Assembly (NCBI GenBank): GCA_965261395.1
Contig: OZ253462.1
Coordinates: 192,001-256,000, forward strand
DNA length: 64,000 bases
DNA from: Candidatus Latescibacterota bacterium
GTDB lineage: Bacteria; Latescibacterota; UBA2968; UBA8231
Reading direction: 5' to 3'
Shown here: one piece after another, positions 29,171 to 39,091 of the stretch
How the letters are laid out: each line of letters starts with the position of its first letter
Position numbering within the stretch: position 1 is the stretch's first letter
Position numbers and translations under genes: made by a program
The notes under the pieces: model-generated
What the model saw: the letters and a program-made list of their open reading frames with translations, nothing else
Databases searched by the model: none
What the model was told of the DNA's origin: nothing

Positions 29171-30596
29171 CGTAGCGCTCCAGATGCGCCAGCGCCCGGC
29201 CGCTATCTATAGCCTCCCGCACCTCAGCCAACCCCTCTTCGGCACCCGCACTTAGTCCCAGATAGTAGTCAATCAATCCCACGTTGAGCACTATGCGGTC
29301 GTAAACAGGCCCCTGTTCGCCCTTGAGTGCCGCCACGCCCAATGCCGCAAAAGCCCGCGCACTCACCTCCGCAGGACGCGGGCTTTGCGCGTAGTCAAAT
29401 CCGTAGGCCGCCGGGTCCACATCGCAAGCGACCGTCTCCAACCGGCCCCCGACGCGGCGAAATCCCTGCACGTAGTTGATGGCCTTGCGCCGAGCGTCCG
29501 AGGGCTTGCCCAAGCGCAACCCATAGTGGCTGCTCCCCTCCTCGCCCTTGATCACCAGCCCGGCGTCCAGCCCGCGTGCCTGCATCAACCCCAACAGCTT
29601 GTCTTCGTAGCCGGCGTGGTAAAAGCCCGCGATCATGCCGTTCCAAGCCGCGCCGGCAAACAATTGCTGGGCCTTCTCGGTAGTGGCCCAAGGCGGGCGT
29701 TTGGCAATGTGGGTGCGCAAATGGCGCAAAGCATACGCGCGTGGAGCGTACTCGCGCTGGCTCACGTACGCGAACCCAACGGCCGGGTCTTCGATGCAAC
29801 GGGCCGCCGTCGCCAGCGACAGATCAACCCGCGCACCCAAGGCCGCTAGGATCCCTTCCTCGGTGACTCCGCGCTTGGGCGGCATTTCAGCGACGCCGTG
29901 TAGCACAGTCGCCCGACCCAAGGCCGCGCGCACGGCAGCGACGAAGAGCGTCGGGCGAAAGAAGCGCGCCGCGCCGTCAAAGGGCTGGCCAAAATGCGTC
30001 AGTGCCTCCACTTGCAGCGCGGACACCTCCTCTGAGGGGAGCACGGAGTCGAGATGAGCGCGAACTTCTTCCGCATTTTCGATGTTCATCCGCTGGCCGA
30101 TCAAGAATGCGGCCATCAGCGAGGGACGCACCGCGCCCACGAGCATGGCCCCAAGCGCACCGCGTACTTCCTCGTAGTACAAGTGCCCGCCCTGCAAAAC
30201 CGGACACAGAGCCGCAACCACCCGCGCTTCGCCCGCGCAACCAGCGAAATCCGGTGCCATCCCCAGCAAGAAGCGCAAATCATCGGGCATCTTGCGGAGC
30301 GCGCCCCCATAGCGGTCGAACGCCTCGACCTCCGCCGCGCTCCAACCGGTCTGCGCGCCAAAGGTGCGGCGGATGGACATCGCTGCAAAAAACGCACCCA
30401 TCTGGGCTGGGGAAACTTGCTCTGCGCGGGGCAAGGCCCCCTTGAGCGAGGCGAAAATCAGCTCCAGAATGCGCCTAGGGTCTGGGTCGCCCTCTTTTTT
30501 GCCCAGCGGGCGGCTCTGGTGCGGCCCGGTACAGACGCGTGCTTGCGCCTCGAGTACTTCCTCGTTGGGGCCGGGATAAGGATCAGCTTCAGACAC
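29145..30596 (-). CDS. Anthranilate phosphoribosyltransferase-like (TrpD/YbiB superfamily) protein with extended N-terminus
   Basis: AQMGAFF, AFLIGQRM, PFDG..R, LHGV..MPPK.GVT, GFAYV, KGEEG; GTG start after AGGGAG. Confidence 0.78.
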   Translation of the reverse strand: MSEADPYPGPNEEVLEAQARVCTGPHQSRPLGKKEGDPDPRRILELIFASLKGALPRAEQVSPAQMGAFFAAMSIRRTFGAQTGWSAAEVEAFDRYGGALRKMPDDLRFLLGMAPDFAGCAGEARVVAALCPVLQGGHLYYEEVRGALGAMLVGAVRPSLMAAFLIGQRMNIENAEEVRAHLDSVLPSEEVSALQVEALTHFGQPFDGAARFFRPTLFVAAVRAALGRATVLHGVAEMPPKRGVTEEGILAALGARVDLSLATAARCIEDPAVGFAYVSQREYAPRAYALRHLRTHIAKRPPWATTEKAQQLFAGAAWNGMIAGFYHAGYEDKLLGLMQARGLDAGLVIKGEEGSSHYGLRLGKPSDARRKAINYVQGFRRVGGRLETVACDVDPAAYGFDYAQSPRPAEVSARAFAALGVAALKGEQGPVYDRIVLNVGLIDYYLGLSAGAEEGLAEVREAIDSGRALAHLERYVSRSQASR

Positions 30597-30729
30597 GATT
30601 TTTGCTCCCTTTATGAGAGAAAATATACGATCCCCGGCCAATGCGCGCCCGGGAATCCAACGGCGCAGATTGCGCGAAATACAGGTTCAGCGCAATTTTT
30701 GATACACCCTCTTCCGCGAGGAATCCCCA

Positions 30730-31143
30730 ATGCGCTACCTCTCTCGTCTTTTCCTTATAGCCTTCGCCATCGCGGCTTGTGGCTCGTCCGACCCGGCCCC
30801 TCCGGCGCTGGTCCACTACGTCGCGGCTCAAGAAGCCTTAGCCGCCGACGATCTAGACCGGGCGCACCAAGCACTGCAAGGCCTGATCCAAAACGCCAGC
30901 CCAACGCTCAAGCCGCTGGCGGAAAAAGCCGCTAGCGCTGCCGACTTGGCTGCGGTGCGCGTTGCGTTCAAGCCGCTGTCCGAAGAAGTGCGGAAGGGCC
31001 AAATACCCGAAGGCTACGTCGTGGCGTACTGCCCGATGGCCGACGGAGACAAGGGGGCGCACTGGGTTCAAAAGGACCAGCCCCAAATCGCCAATCCCTA
31101 CTTCGGCGCTTCCATGCTCCGCTGCGGGGTATTCAAGGAGTAG
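30730..31143 (+). CDS. DUF3347-like lipoprotein
   Basis: Lipobox IAAC; YCPMA..GAHW, NPYFGASMLRCG. Confidence 0.75.
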   Translation: MRYLSRLFLIAFAIAACGSSDPAPPALVHYVAAQEALAADDLDRAHQALQGLIQNASPTLKPLAEKAASAADLAAVRVAFKPLSEEVRKGQIPEGYVVAYCPMADGDKGAHWVQKDQPQIANPYFGASMLRCGVFKE

Positions 31144-31155
31144 CTGCACCCACAC

Positions 31156-31893
31156 ATGATCCGCGTAGAATCCGCTACCCGCCGCTACGGCTTTTTGACC
31201 GCTGTTGACGAGGTCAGCTTTGCCGTTGACCAAGGCGAGATCGTCGGCTTTGTCGGCCCCAATGGTGCCGGCAAGAGCACCATGCTCAAGATGCTCTCCA
31301 CCTTTATCCATCCCACGGCCGGCACAATCTCCATCGACGGGCTCGACGTGGTGGAGCACCCGCTCGCCGTGCGCCGCCGCATTGGCTACCTGTCGGGCGA
31401 CACCCCGCTCTACCAAGAGATGCGCGTCGATAAGTTCCTCCGCTTCATCGCCCGAGCCCGCGGCCTCAAAGGCGACGCCTTGCAGCAGGGCCTAGCGCGC
31501 GCGGTCGCGCTCTGCGGGCTTGCAGAGGTGCTCACCCAGCGCATCAAGGAGTGTTCCACCGGGTTCCGCCAGCGCATCGGCCTAGCTACCGCCATGGTCC
31601 ACGATCCGCCGGTCTTGCTCCTCGACGAGCCAACTCACGGCTTCGACCCCTTGCAGGTCCTGGCCTTCCGCGACACCTTGCGCACACTTAGTCAGGACCG
31701 GGCGATCCTCTTTAGCACCCACATCATCGGCGACGTCGAAGCCATTGCCGACCGCGTGTTGATCATCCACCAAGGGCGCTTGCTCGGCGATGGCCGCGTC
31801 GAACAGTTGGCCGCAGACGCCGGCATCCCCGGGGCTGGCCTCGAAGCCGTCTTCGCCCACCTAGTCCGCACCACAACCCCTGCCCATGTCTGA
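31156..31893 (+). CDS. ABC transporter ATP-binding protein (GldA-like)
   Basis: GPNGAGKST, STGFRQRIG, LLLDEPT, FSTH. Confidence 0.92.
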   Translation: MIRVESATRRYGFLTAVDEVSFAVDQGEIVGFVGPNGAGKSTMLKMLSTFIHPTAGTISIDGLDVVEHPLAVRRRIGYLSGDTPLYQEMRVDKFLRFIARARGLKGDALQQGLARAVALCGLAEVLTQRIKECSTGFRQRIGLATAMVHDPPVLLLDEPTHGFDPLQVLAFRDTLRTLSQDRAILFSTHIIGDVEAIADRVLIIHQGRLLGDGRVEQLAADAGIPGAGLEAVFAHLVRTTTPAHV

Positions 31894-32653
31894 CGCGCAA
31901 CGCCTGTCTGCTGCCGAGTGCCTACGCGGCGCGCGCATTGTCTTCGACCGCGAGCTAGAGGCGTACTTTGACTCGTCCATTGCCTATGCGTACGCCGCAG
32001 TCTTTTTGGTGCTGTCTTGCACCACCTTTATGAACTCCTTTTTTCTCGACGGGGTCGTCGATATGGGGCCGTACTTTACCGCCCTGCCCTTCCTGCTGAT
32101 CCCCTTCGTCCCAGCCATTACCATGCGGGCCTGGGCCGAAGAGCGTGCCCAGCACACCTTCGAGCTGCTGATGACCCTGCCGCTGCACTCCTTGCAGGTT
32201 GTGCTGGGCAAGTATCTGGCGACCCTCTGTTTCTACGCGATCGTCCTCGCCGGTAGTCTGCCCATCGTGCTGATGCTCCTCTTCCTCGGCGATCCTGACC
32301 TCGGGCGCATCTGCGCCAGCTATCTCGGCGCACTGCTGTTGGGTGCTTTCTTTCTGTCCTTCGGCCTGTTTGCCTCTGGCCTGACCCGCGACCAGATCGT
32401 CGCCTTTGTGCTCTCCGCGCTCCTCGGCTTCTTCTTCGTGCTCAGCGGGCACGAGAAAGTCGTCGAGGTCCTCGACGGACTAGCTCCGGCCTATCAGCCG
32501 GGCACTTGGCTGTATGAGACCATATCGGTCCTGCCCCACTACGAGGCTTTTGGCCACGGCGTAATCGCCCTCACCGACCTGTTGTACTTCGCGTTGATGA
32601 GCGGCTTTTTCGTCTCGATGAACTATCTCAGCCTCCAGAGATCCAAGTATTGA
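31886..32653 (+). CDS. ABC-2 permease (GldF-like)
   Basis: RELEAYFDS, PAITMRAWAEER..TFELLMTLP, VLGKY, TRDQIVAF. Confidence 0.88.
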   Translation: MSDAQRLSAAECLRGARIVFDRELEAYFDSSIAYAYAAVFLVLSCTTFMNSFFLDGVVDMGPYFTALPFLLIPFVPAITMRAWAEERAQHTFELLMTLPLHSLQVVLGKYLATLCFYAIVLAGSLPIVLMLLFLGDPDLGRICASYLGALLLGAFFLSFGLFASGLTRDQIVAFVLSALLGFFFVLSGHEKVVEVLDGLAPAYQPGTWLYETISVLPHYEAFGHGVIALTDLLYFALMSGFFVSMNYLSLQRSKY

Positions 32654-35600
32654 AGCGGCACTTCTTGCTCCAAATTGCGCTGGCTTTCGCGCTGCTGTTG
32701 GGCATCGTCGCTTACGCCGGCCGCTTCCTGCACCTGACGGGGAGTTGGACCCTAGATCTAGCCGGAGACGACATCGCCACGCTCGCGCCGGCGACCGAGC
32801 ACTACCTCCGCTCCTTAGACACCCCGCTCTCCATCACCTACTTTGCCACCGCCCGCGAAAACATGCCGGCGCATCTCAAAGAACTCGAACCCCAAGTTCG
32901 CCAGCTCCTGTCGGCGCTGCGCGAGCGCGCACCCGACCGCATCGACTATCGAGTCATTGACCCGGACCAAAGCGGGCGCGCTGGCATCGGCTATGCAGCG
33001 AGCAAAAAGGCCTCCTCCTTCAGTGTGCGGCGGGTGTTACACGACGAGCATTCCGAGCAGAAAATCTGGTCCTCGCTGGTCATCGCGCGCGCCAACGCAC
33101 CCGCAGTGCTCGTCCAAAGCATTGAGCCAGAGCACCTGCCTTATCTAGAAGAGTACGTCATCGCCCAACTGCAGGCCGGGCGCGCGCCACCGCAACCCAC
33201 CATTGGCGTCTCGGCACCACCGCCCTTCCAGCTTTTGGCGGCCTTTCTCAACGAGGCCGGGCCGGTCGTCGAGCTCGATCTCAACAGCGACCCTACCATC
33301 CCCCCGGAAATCGACGTGCTGTTCTGGATCCAGCCTGCGGTCGCCACGCCCGAGCACGTGCGGCAGTTGCTGGCCTTCCTAGCATCCGGCCGCAGTGCAG
33401 TGCTCGCCGGCAGCTCCTACCAGATCGGCTACTCCCCAGCGGAGGGCGCCATCTCCTATTGGGTACACCACGCGCCGCCTGCTTGGGCGCAACTGCTCCA
33501 GCCCTTTGGCATCCGACCAGTGCCGGACCTGCTGGTCGATAAAAACACCGGGCCGGTCGCCCTCGACATGGGCGAAGTCGTCGCGCCCTTTCACCTCCGG
33601 GTGCTGCCTGCTTTTTACAATATGAAGAGCTTTGCCGCGCCAGGCCGCGGCGGGCTTAATTTCGTCGCCGCTAGCGCGCTCGAAGTCGATCCGCAGGCCG
33701 TACAAGCCAAGGGCTTCCACGCGGAAATCGTCGGCACCACTACCGAAAGCCCCCGCGTCCTGCCCCTGCCCGCAGACCCCTTCACCGACGCCGATTTAAC
33801 CGGCGGCCTGCCCGTGCCCAAACAAAATTTGCTGGTCCTGCTCAAGCCGGACGACCCTTGGCAGGGGCAGCTATTCGTCTTGGCCAGCGCGTCACCCTTC
33901 CAAGACGGCATCATCAACCAGCCCGGCTATGCCCACCGCGTCTTCCTGAAAAACCTCATCCGCACCTACGGCCAACCGGAGCGCGTATTGCGGGGGCGCG
34001 TGGAAAAGGGCGGGGCACAACGGCTCGTTCTACCCGGCGCACTCGCCCGTTTCTTTTGGCGGTTCTTTGCGGTCTTTTTGGTACCGCTGGGATTCGTGGG
34101 CCTCGGCGTTAGGCACTACCTCCGCCACAGCCGCCTGAGCTGGCCGGCCGGCCGTTGGGGCCGACAGCTCGGCCTCGCCTGCTTGGTGCTCTTCGTTGGT
34201 GCGCTCGTCTGGCGCGGCCGCGGCCCCTATCTCGACCTGACGGCCGACCAGCTCAACACGCCCTCGCCGCTTTTGGGCCGCTTGTTGCAGGGCACGTCCC
34301 TAGCCGCCGAGTTGATCGCCACCCACCGGGCCTCCATGCCCCGGCAGCTCAAAGACGCCGAAGACCGCATCCGCACCTTGCTCGCCGACTGCAACATTCC
34401 CCTGCGCGTGATCCGGCCCGACGCGCTGACCCCCGACCAGCGGCAGGCACTCGCCGCCGAGGGGCTGGTGCCCTTTCCAGCCGAACGAGTCCTCAACGAT
34501 ACCCTCGCCACCCAATACGTATGGAGCAGCCTACGTCTGCTGGGCAACGCGCACACCATCGCCGTGCCGCGCCTCGACCAGCGCACGCTGCACCACCTCG
34601 AATTCCTCTTGGCCGCGGCCTCCCACAGCCTGCAACAGGGGCGCAAAATGCGCGTGGCTGTCATCTCCGACTTGCCGCGCCTCTCGCCGGCCGAAGCGCT
34701 CGAAGACTACCAGAAGAAGGGCCTCATCGCCCCAGGCGGCACCGACGTGTACAGCGACTTGAAAGCCCTGCTCGCCGACTATCTCTACGATGTCCACTAC
34801 ATCAATCCCCGCACGCCGAGCATCCCCGCAGACGTAGATGTCTTGTTGTGGATGCAGCCGCGCCGCGACTCGGGTCCAATCTTACTTCTACTGAGTCAGC
34901 ATCTAGCGCGGGGGGGCAAGGCCATTGTCGCCATGCAGCACTTCAACATCCAGCAGCGCCAGTACCGCGGCTCGGGGTTTCAGACGGTGTACTGGCCTCA
35001 GCCCCAATTCCAAGACCTCGACCGCTACCTCCAGCTCTTTGGCGTCGAACAACTCCGCGAAGTGCTCTTCGACCGCACCCAGTCGCACCTCGACCTAGAG
35101 ACCCAAGTCAACCGCACGGCCGTGCGCGAGTACGACCCGCAAAAGGTCGCCTTGCCGTTCTTGATCCGCGCCGTCGGCCAGCACTACGACCGCACCTCGC
35201 CGATCACCCGGCACCTCGGCGACCTGCTTTTTATCTGGGGGAATCGCTTTGCCCTGCAACCGGCAGAGCTAAGTAGTGCGGGAGTAACGGCCCAAACCCT
35301 GATCTCCACCTCGCCCCAAGCCTGGGCGTACCCATGGCAGGGTGGTTGGCTGCCGCCCGAGGTACTCGCTCCGCAGACGTACTTGCCCGGCCCCCAACCC
35401 CTCGTCGCGTTGCTTACCGGGCCTTTTCCCGAGGTCGCCTTTACTGAAAGCGAGGACGGCCGCGCCGTGCTCCAGCGCGTGGGCGAGCGCCCGCAGCAAG
35501 CAGGTGCCCTACTCCTGATCGGCTCTTCGGAGATGTTCAAAAACGAGCACCTGTCGGCTCCGGGCTTTCAGCACGATCAATTCTTGCTCAATGCCGTGGC

Positions 35601-35772
35601 GTACAACGCTTATGGCGCGGAACTAGCCGCCTTACAGGCGCGGCGGCCAACTCTGCGCGGCTTTGCCTTCCAGAGCGCCGAGTCCAAGCGTCTGTGGCGA
35701 GTGGTCGTGGTGGGCGCGGGACCGCTGCTGTTTTTGGCCTACGCCCTCTATCGCCGCGCGAGGCGAACGTGA
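32650..35772 (+). CDS. GldG-like ABC auxiliary protein with two periplasmic domains
   Basis: Two repeats of TM-LDL(T/A)...IP.(E/D)(I/V)DVL.W.QP...F..N, separated by two TM helices; operon context. Confidence 0.75.
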   Translation: MKRHFLLQIALAFALLLGIVAYAGRFLHLTGSWTLDLAGDDIATLAPATEHYLRSLDTPLSITYFATARENMPAHLKELEPQVRQLLSALRERAPDRIDYRVIDPDQSGRAGIGYAASKKASSFSVRRVLHDEHSEQKIWSSLVIARANAPAVLVQSIEPEHLPYLEEYVIAQLQAGRAPPQPTIGVSAPPPFQLLAAFLNEAGPVVELDLNSDPTIPPEIDVLFWIQPAVATPEHVRQLLAFLASGRSAVLAGSSYQIGYSPAEGAISYWVHHAPPAWAQLLQPFGIRPVPDLLVDKNTGPVALDMGEVVAPFHLRVLPAFYNMKSFAAPGRGGLNFVAASALEVDPQAVQAKGFHAEIVGTTTESPRVLPLPADPFTDADLTGGLPVPKQNLLVLLKPDDPWQGQLFVLASASPFQDGIINQPGYAHRVFLKNLIRTYGQPERVLRGRVEKGGAQRLVLPGALARFFWRFFAVFLVPLGFVGLGVRHYLRHSRLSWPAGRWGRQLGLACLVLFVGALVWRGRGPYLDLTADQLNTPSPLLGRLLQGTSLAAELIATHRASMPRQLKDAEDRIRTLLADCNIPLRVIRPDALTPDQRQALAAEGLVPFPAERVLNDTLATQYVWSSLRLLGNAHTIAVPRLDQRTLHHLEFLLAAASHSLQQGRKMRVAVISDLPRLSPAEALEDYQKKGLIAPGGTDVYSDLKALLADYLYDVHYINPRTPSIPADVDVLLWMQPRRDSGPILLLLSQHLARGGKAIVAMQHFNIQQRQYRGSGFQTVYWPQPQFQDLDRYLQLFGVEQLREVLFDRTQSHLDLETQVNRTAVREYDPQKVALPFLIRAVGQHYDRTSPITRHLGDLLFIWGNRFALQPAELSSAGVTAQTLISTSPQAWAYPWQGGWLPPEVLAPQTYLPGPQPLVALLTGPFPEVAFTESEDGRAVLQRVGERPQQAGALLLIGSSEMFKNEHLSAPGFQHDQFLLNAVAYNAYGAELAALQARRPTLRGFAFQSAESKRLWRVVVVGAGPLLFLAYALYRRARRT

Positions 35773-36776
35773 TCCGCTTGCTCTGCGCGCTGGGGGCCCT
35801 GCTGGTCCTGTTCGTCCTCGGGGAAAGCTTCCTGCGCGAGCACCAGCGCACTGTGCGCCGCACCGCCGGGGCCTTGCGCCTCTTGACGCCCGAACCGACC
35901 TCAGCAGTCGATCAGATTGAGGTCCATGCCGCCGGACGCCGCTGGCACTACGTCCGGCGCGGGAACACTTGGTATTTCCCAGCCTATCACCGCGTCTTTG
36001 TCCTCAACCGCCGCGTCGAGCACCTGCTCCAGAGCCTGCTCGCTACTCCGGCGACCTTCGTCTCGGCCGAGCCTGGGGACTTGGCCCGCTATGGCCTCGG
36101 CCCGGGTAGCGTCCGCATCGACTTGCTCGACCAACAGGGGCGTCCCTTACTGGAAGTGCGCCAGGGGCGCGGGGCACCCGGGGCGCGCGCGGGGGAATCG
36201 TATGTCCAGCGCGTTGGTGCCGACAGCATCTTCCACCTCCACGCCCACCCCGTCCATGCCCTCGACACCGCGCCGCCCGCTCCGATGCTCGACCGCCGCG
36301 TCCTGCCCCAAGCCTTACAGCGCAAGGGCCTCCGGCGCATTGCCTTCGCCGGCGACCCTACCTACCCGGTGCAATCCCTCAGCCGCCAGCTAAAAGCCAT
36401 GACGGCACCGGGCCCCATGATGCCGACCTACGAATGGATCGTCCTCTCTGCGTCTGGCGTGGAGACCTGCCTTTCCGCGAGTGTAGAAGCCTACGCCGAC
36501 TTCCTCAAACGCCTGACGTGGTCGGCTCTGCACGATCCGGGCCGCACCGATGCCTTTGCCCAAGCCCGCCATCTCTATCTCGAAGACGAAGAGGGCACAA
36601 TAGACACCCTCGCCATTGGCGCGGCCGACGACCGCGGCCGCTACCTCCGCCTCCACACCACCGACCACGTCTTCTCCATAACGCCCGCAAAAGCCCAATT
36701 CCTTTTCCCCACTCGCTCCACCCTCCGCGACACGCTCCCCCAACCCTCGCCCTATCACCAAGCCGAGCCGTTTTAG
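35769..36776 (+). CDS. DUF4340-like protein
   Basis: N-terminal TM, DLARYGL motif, usual position after GldG; GTG overlaps the upstream TGA. Confidence 0.7.
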   Translation: MIRLLCALGALLVLFVLGESFLREHQRTVRRTAGALRLLTPEPTSAVDQIEVHAAGRRWHYVRRGNTWYFPAYHRVFVLNRRVEHLLQSLLATPATFVSAEPGDLARYGLGPGSVRIDLLDQQGRPLLEVRQGRGAPGARAGESYVQRVGADSIFHLHAHPVHALDTAPPAPMLDRRVLPQALQRKGLRRIAFAGDPTYPVQSLSRQLKAMTAPGPMMPTYEWIVLSASGVETCLSASVEAYADFLKRLTWSALHDPGRTDAFAQARHLYLEDEEGTIDTLAIGAADDRGRYLRLHTTDHVFSITPAKAQFLFPTRSTLRDTLPQPSPYHQAEPF

Positions 36777-36787
36777 GCCCGCTAGCC

Positions 36788-38293
36788 ATGCTCTACCGCA
36801 ACCTGCTGCGCCACCAATGGAAGGAGTTCATCCGCAACCCCTCTTGGAGTAGCATAAGCGTCGCCTACGCCATTTTTCTAGTTCTGCTAGCGCTGTACTT
36901 CCTGCTCATCCTCGTCCTCGCGGGTGCCTTCATCGGTCATCTGCTAACTAGTCAAGACCCCGCCGCCGATGTCGTCCGCTTAGTCAATCAGCACCTATTG
37001 AACGCTTTCTTGCTCTTGTTCCTAGCCCGCTTGCTCTTCCAAAACACGCCGCAGCTAAAAATTGGTCCCTATCTTCACTTACCCATTTCCCGGCCAGCGC
37101 TAGCGCGATTTTTCTCTTTCGCGGCCCTGTTCCACCTGCACAACCTATTGCCGCTGGCCTTCTTCATCCCGTTCTGGGTCAGCAATCTAGCACTGGATTA
37201 CCCCGCTTTTACATCGCTGTCTTGGTTGGCGGGCATCGTGGCTACTCTCGGTCTGTCCAACTACTTGGTCATCTGCGTCCGCCTAGTCTTGGCCAGACGC
37301 GCTTGGCCAGTCTGGCTCTTGGGCGGTGGGGCCAACGGTCTAATCGCGTTGGATTATTGGCGGCAATAGGGCTATACGGGCGCGCTGTCGAGCGTGGTAT
37401 TCGACTCTTTGCTGGGACCGGACGGTCCTGTGTTGGCACTAGCCCTGCTGGCGGCGACCGGCCTGCTCTTTGGCTGGACCTGTCGCTTGTTAAAGGACCA
37501 TTTGCACGACGAAGCCCCGTCCGAAAAAGGCTCCACTACTGGGGCTCAAAGCCTGCTCGACCGGCTAGCCGGCTTGGGTCCGGTGGGCCAACTGATGGCA
37601 CTAGAAATTAAACTGGCGATCCGCAACAAGCGGCCCCGACAAATCCTGTGGTCTGCCCTGATGTTTGTGCCGTTGGGGTTGATAAATTTCATACTCCTTA
37701 CCCGTGGTTCATCCGACTCTGTTGTGCCCACGACCACCTTAACATTCTACCATATTTTTTGGGGATTCTTCCTCACTAGTGGTTTCGTGATCAACTACGG
37801 CCAATTCATGTTCGGTTGGGAGAGTCTTTATTTTGACGGCCATCTGGCCCGGCCGGTCCATTTCCGCCACCTGCTATGGGCTAAACTATTGCTACTGCAA
37901 ATTTCCTGCCCGGTATTAGCGCTACTATGCCTGCCGTTCTTGCTGGTCTTGGTCCCTGAATTGCTCGTCACGTACAGCGTCGTTTTGCTCTACAATATCG
38001 GTTTTAGCACTGCTTGTATGCTGTTCTTCGCCACCATGAACCGCAAACGCCTCTATATCGCCCCTTCCTCATTTTTTAACCAGCAGGGCACCTCCCTGCA
38101 CCACCTACTAGCCATCATTCCCTTGCTGGCCCCACCCGCGATTGTGATGCTGGCGACCGACTTTGGCCCGTTAGCCCTAGCCGGCGGCATCCTGCTATGC
38201 TGGGCATTTAGTCCTGTTTGGGTCCATTTGTTGTCCTATCGGCTGCAAAAGTGCAAGTACCACATGGCGGCCGGTTTTAGGGGGAGTTCCTGA
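36788..38293 (+). pseudogene. DUF5687-like polytopic membrane protein interrupted by in-frame TAG at 37367-37369
   Basis: ORFs 36788-37369 and 37394-38293 share one frame; HQWK...R, PYLHLPI, ELK..IRNKR-like and NYGQFMFGWES..FD motifs. Confidence 0.7.
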
Positions 38294-38295
38294 GC

Positions 38296-39003
38296 ATGCA
38301 CCTACAAGTCCAAAATTTGCAAAAGCGCTACGGCTTGGCGACGGTCCTCGACCTGCCCGAACTCGATATCGACAGCGGTGCTAGCTTCGGATTGGTGGGC
38401 AACAACGGCGCTGGCAAGACCACCTTTTTGCGCCTCGTGCTCGATCTGATCCGCCCGAGCAAGGGCCAGGTACTGCTCAACGGGCAAGACGTGGCCCAAG
38501 GCGACGCTTGGAAGGACTGCACGGGATCCTACCTAGGCCCTGCCTTCCTCATCGACTACCTGACGCCCGTAGAATACATCCACTTCGTCGGCAGTCTGTA
38601 CGGCATGAATCCGGTCCAGATAAAAGAAAAATGGGAACACTACCGCTCCTTTTTCGGCGATCAACCGCTCGACGGGAGCGAGTACATTCGCAATTTATCC
38701 GAGGGCAACAAGAAAAAAATGGGGCTTGTCGCAGCCTTGATGGTCGAGCCACGGCTGCTGGTACTAGACGAGCCTTTCGCCAATCTCGACCCGACGAGCC
38801 AAATACGCCTCAAGGACATGCTAAAAGCCGCCGACCAAACCACCGATACTACGCTCATTATCTCCAGCCACGATCTCAACCACATCACCGAGGTCTGCCG
38901 CCGGATTGCCGTCATTGAGCGCGGCGTCATCGTGCGCGATATCCACACGGCCCCGGATACGCTGCGGGAATTGGAACACTACTTTGCCGTCGAGGAAACG
39001 TAA
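38296..39003 (+). CDS. ABC transporter ATP-binding protein
   Basis: GNNGAGKTT, LSEGNKKK, LDEPFANLDP, ISSHDL. Confidence 0.92.
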   Translation: MHLQVQNLQKRYGLATVLDLPELDIDSGASFGLVGNNGAGKTTFLRLVLDLIRPSKGQVLLNGQDVAQGDAWKDCTGSYLGPAFLIDYLTPVEYIHFVGSLYGMNPVQIKEKWEHYRSFFGDQPLDGSEYIRNLSEGNKKKMGLVAALMVEPRLLVLDEPFANLDPTSQIRLKDMLKAADQTTDTTLIISSHDLNHITEVCRRIAVIERGVIVRDIHTAPDTLRELEHYFAVEET

Positions 39004-39037
39004 ACGGTTCAGTCGCACTACTTCACCGATAAACAGC

Positions 39038-39068
39038 AAAATGGGACCTCGATTTGAGGTCCCATTTT
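39038..39068. terminator. Bidirectional intrinsic terminator
   Basis: AAAATGGGACCTC-gattt-GAGGTCCCATTTT perfect 13-bp stem between convergent genes. Confidence 0.8.
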
Positions 39069-39091
39069 ACTAACGCACAGTGTAGTAGTTA

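Noticed and set aside
34155-35276. Long alternative-frame ORFs (also 59746-60888, 9204-10172, 40634-41521)
   Set aside because: Arg/Pro-rich shadow ORFs typical of high-GC DNA, overlapping well-supported genes.
37367-37369. Genome-wide TAG reassignment
   Set aside because: Many intact genes in the window end in TAG at their expected C-termini.
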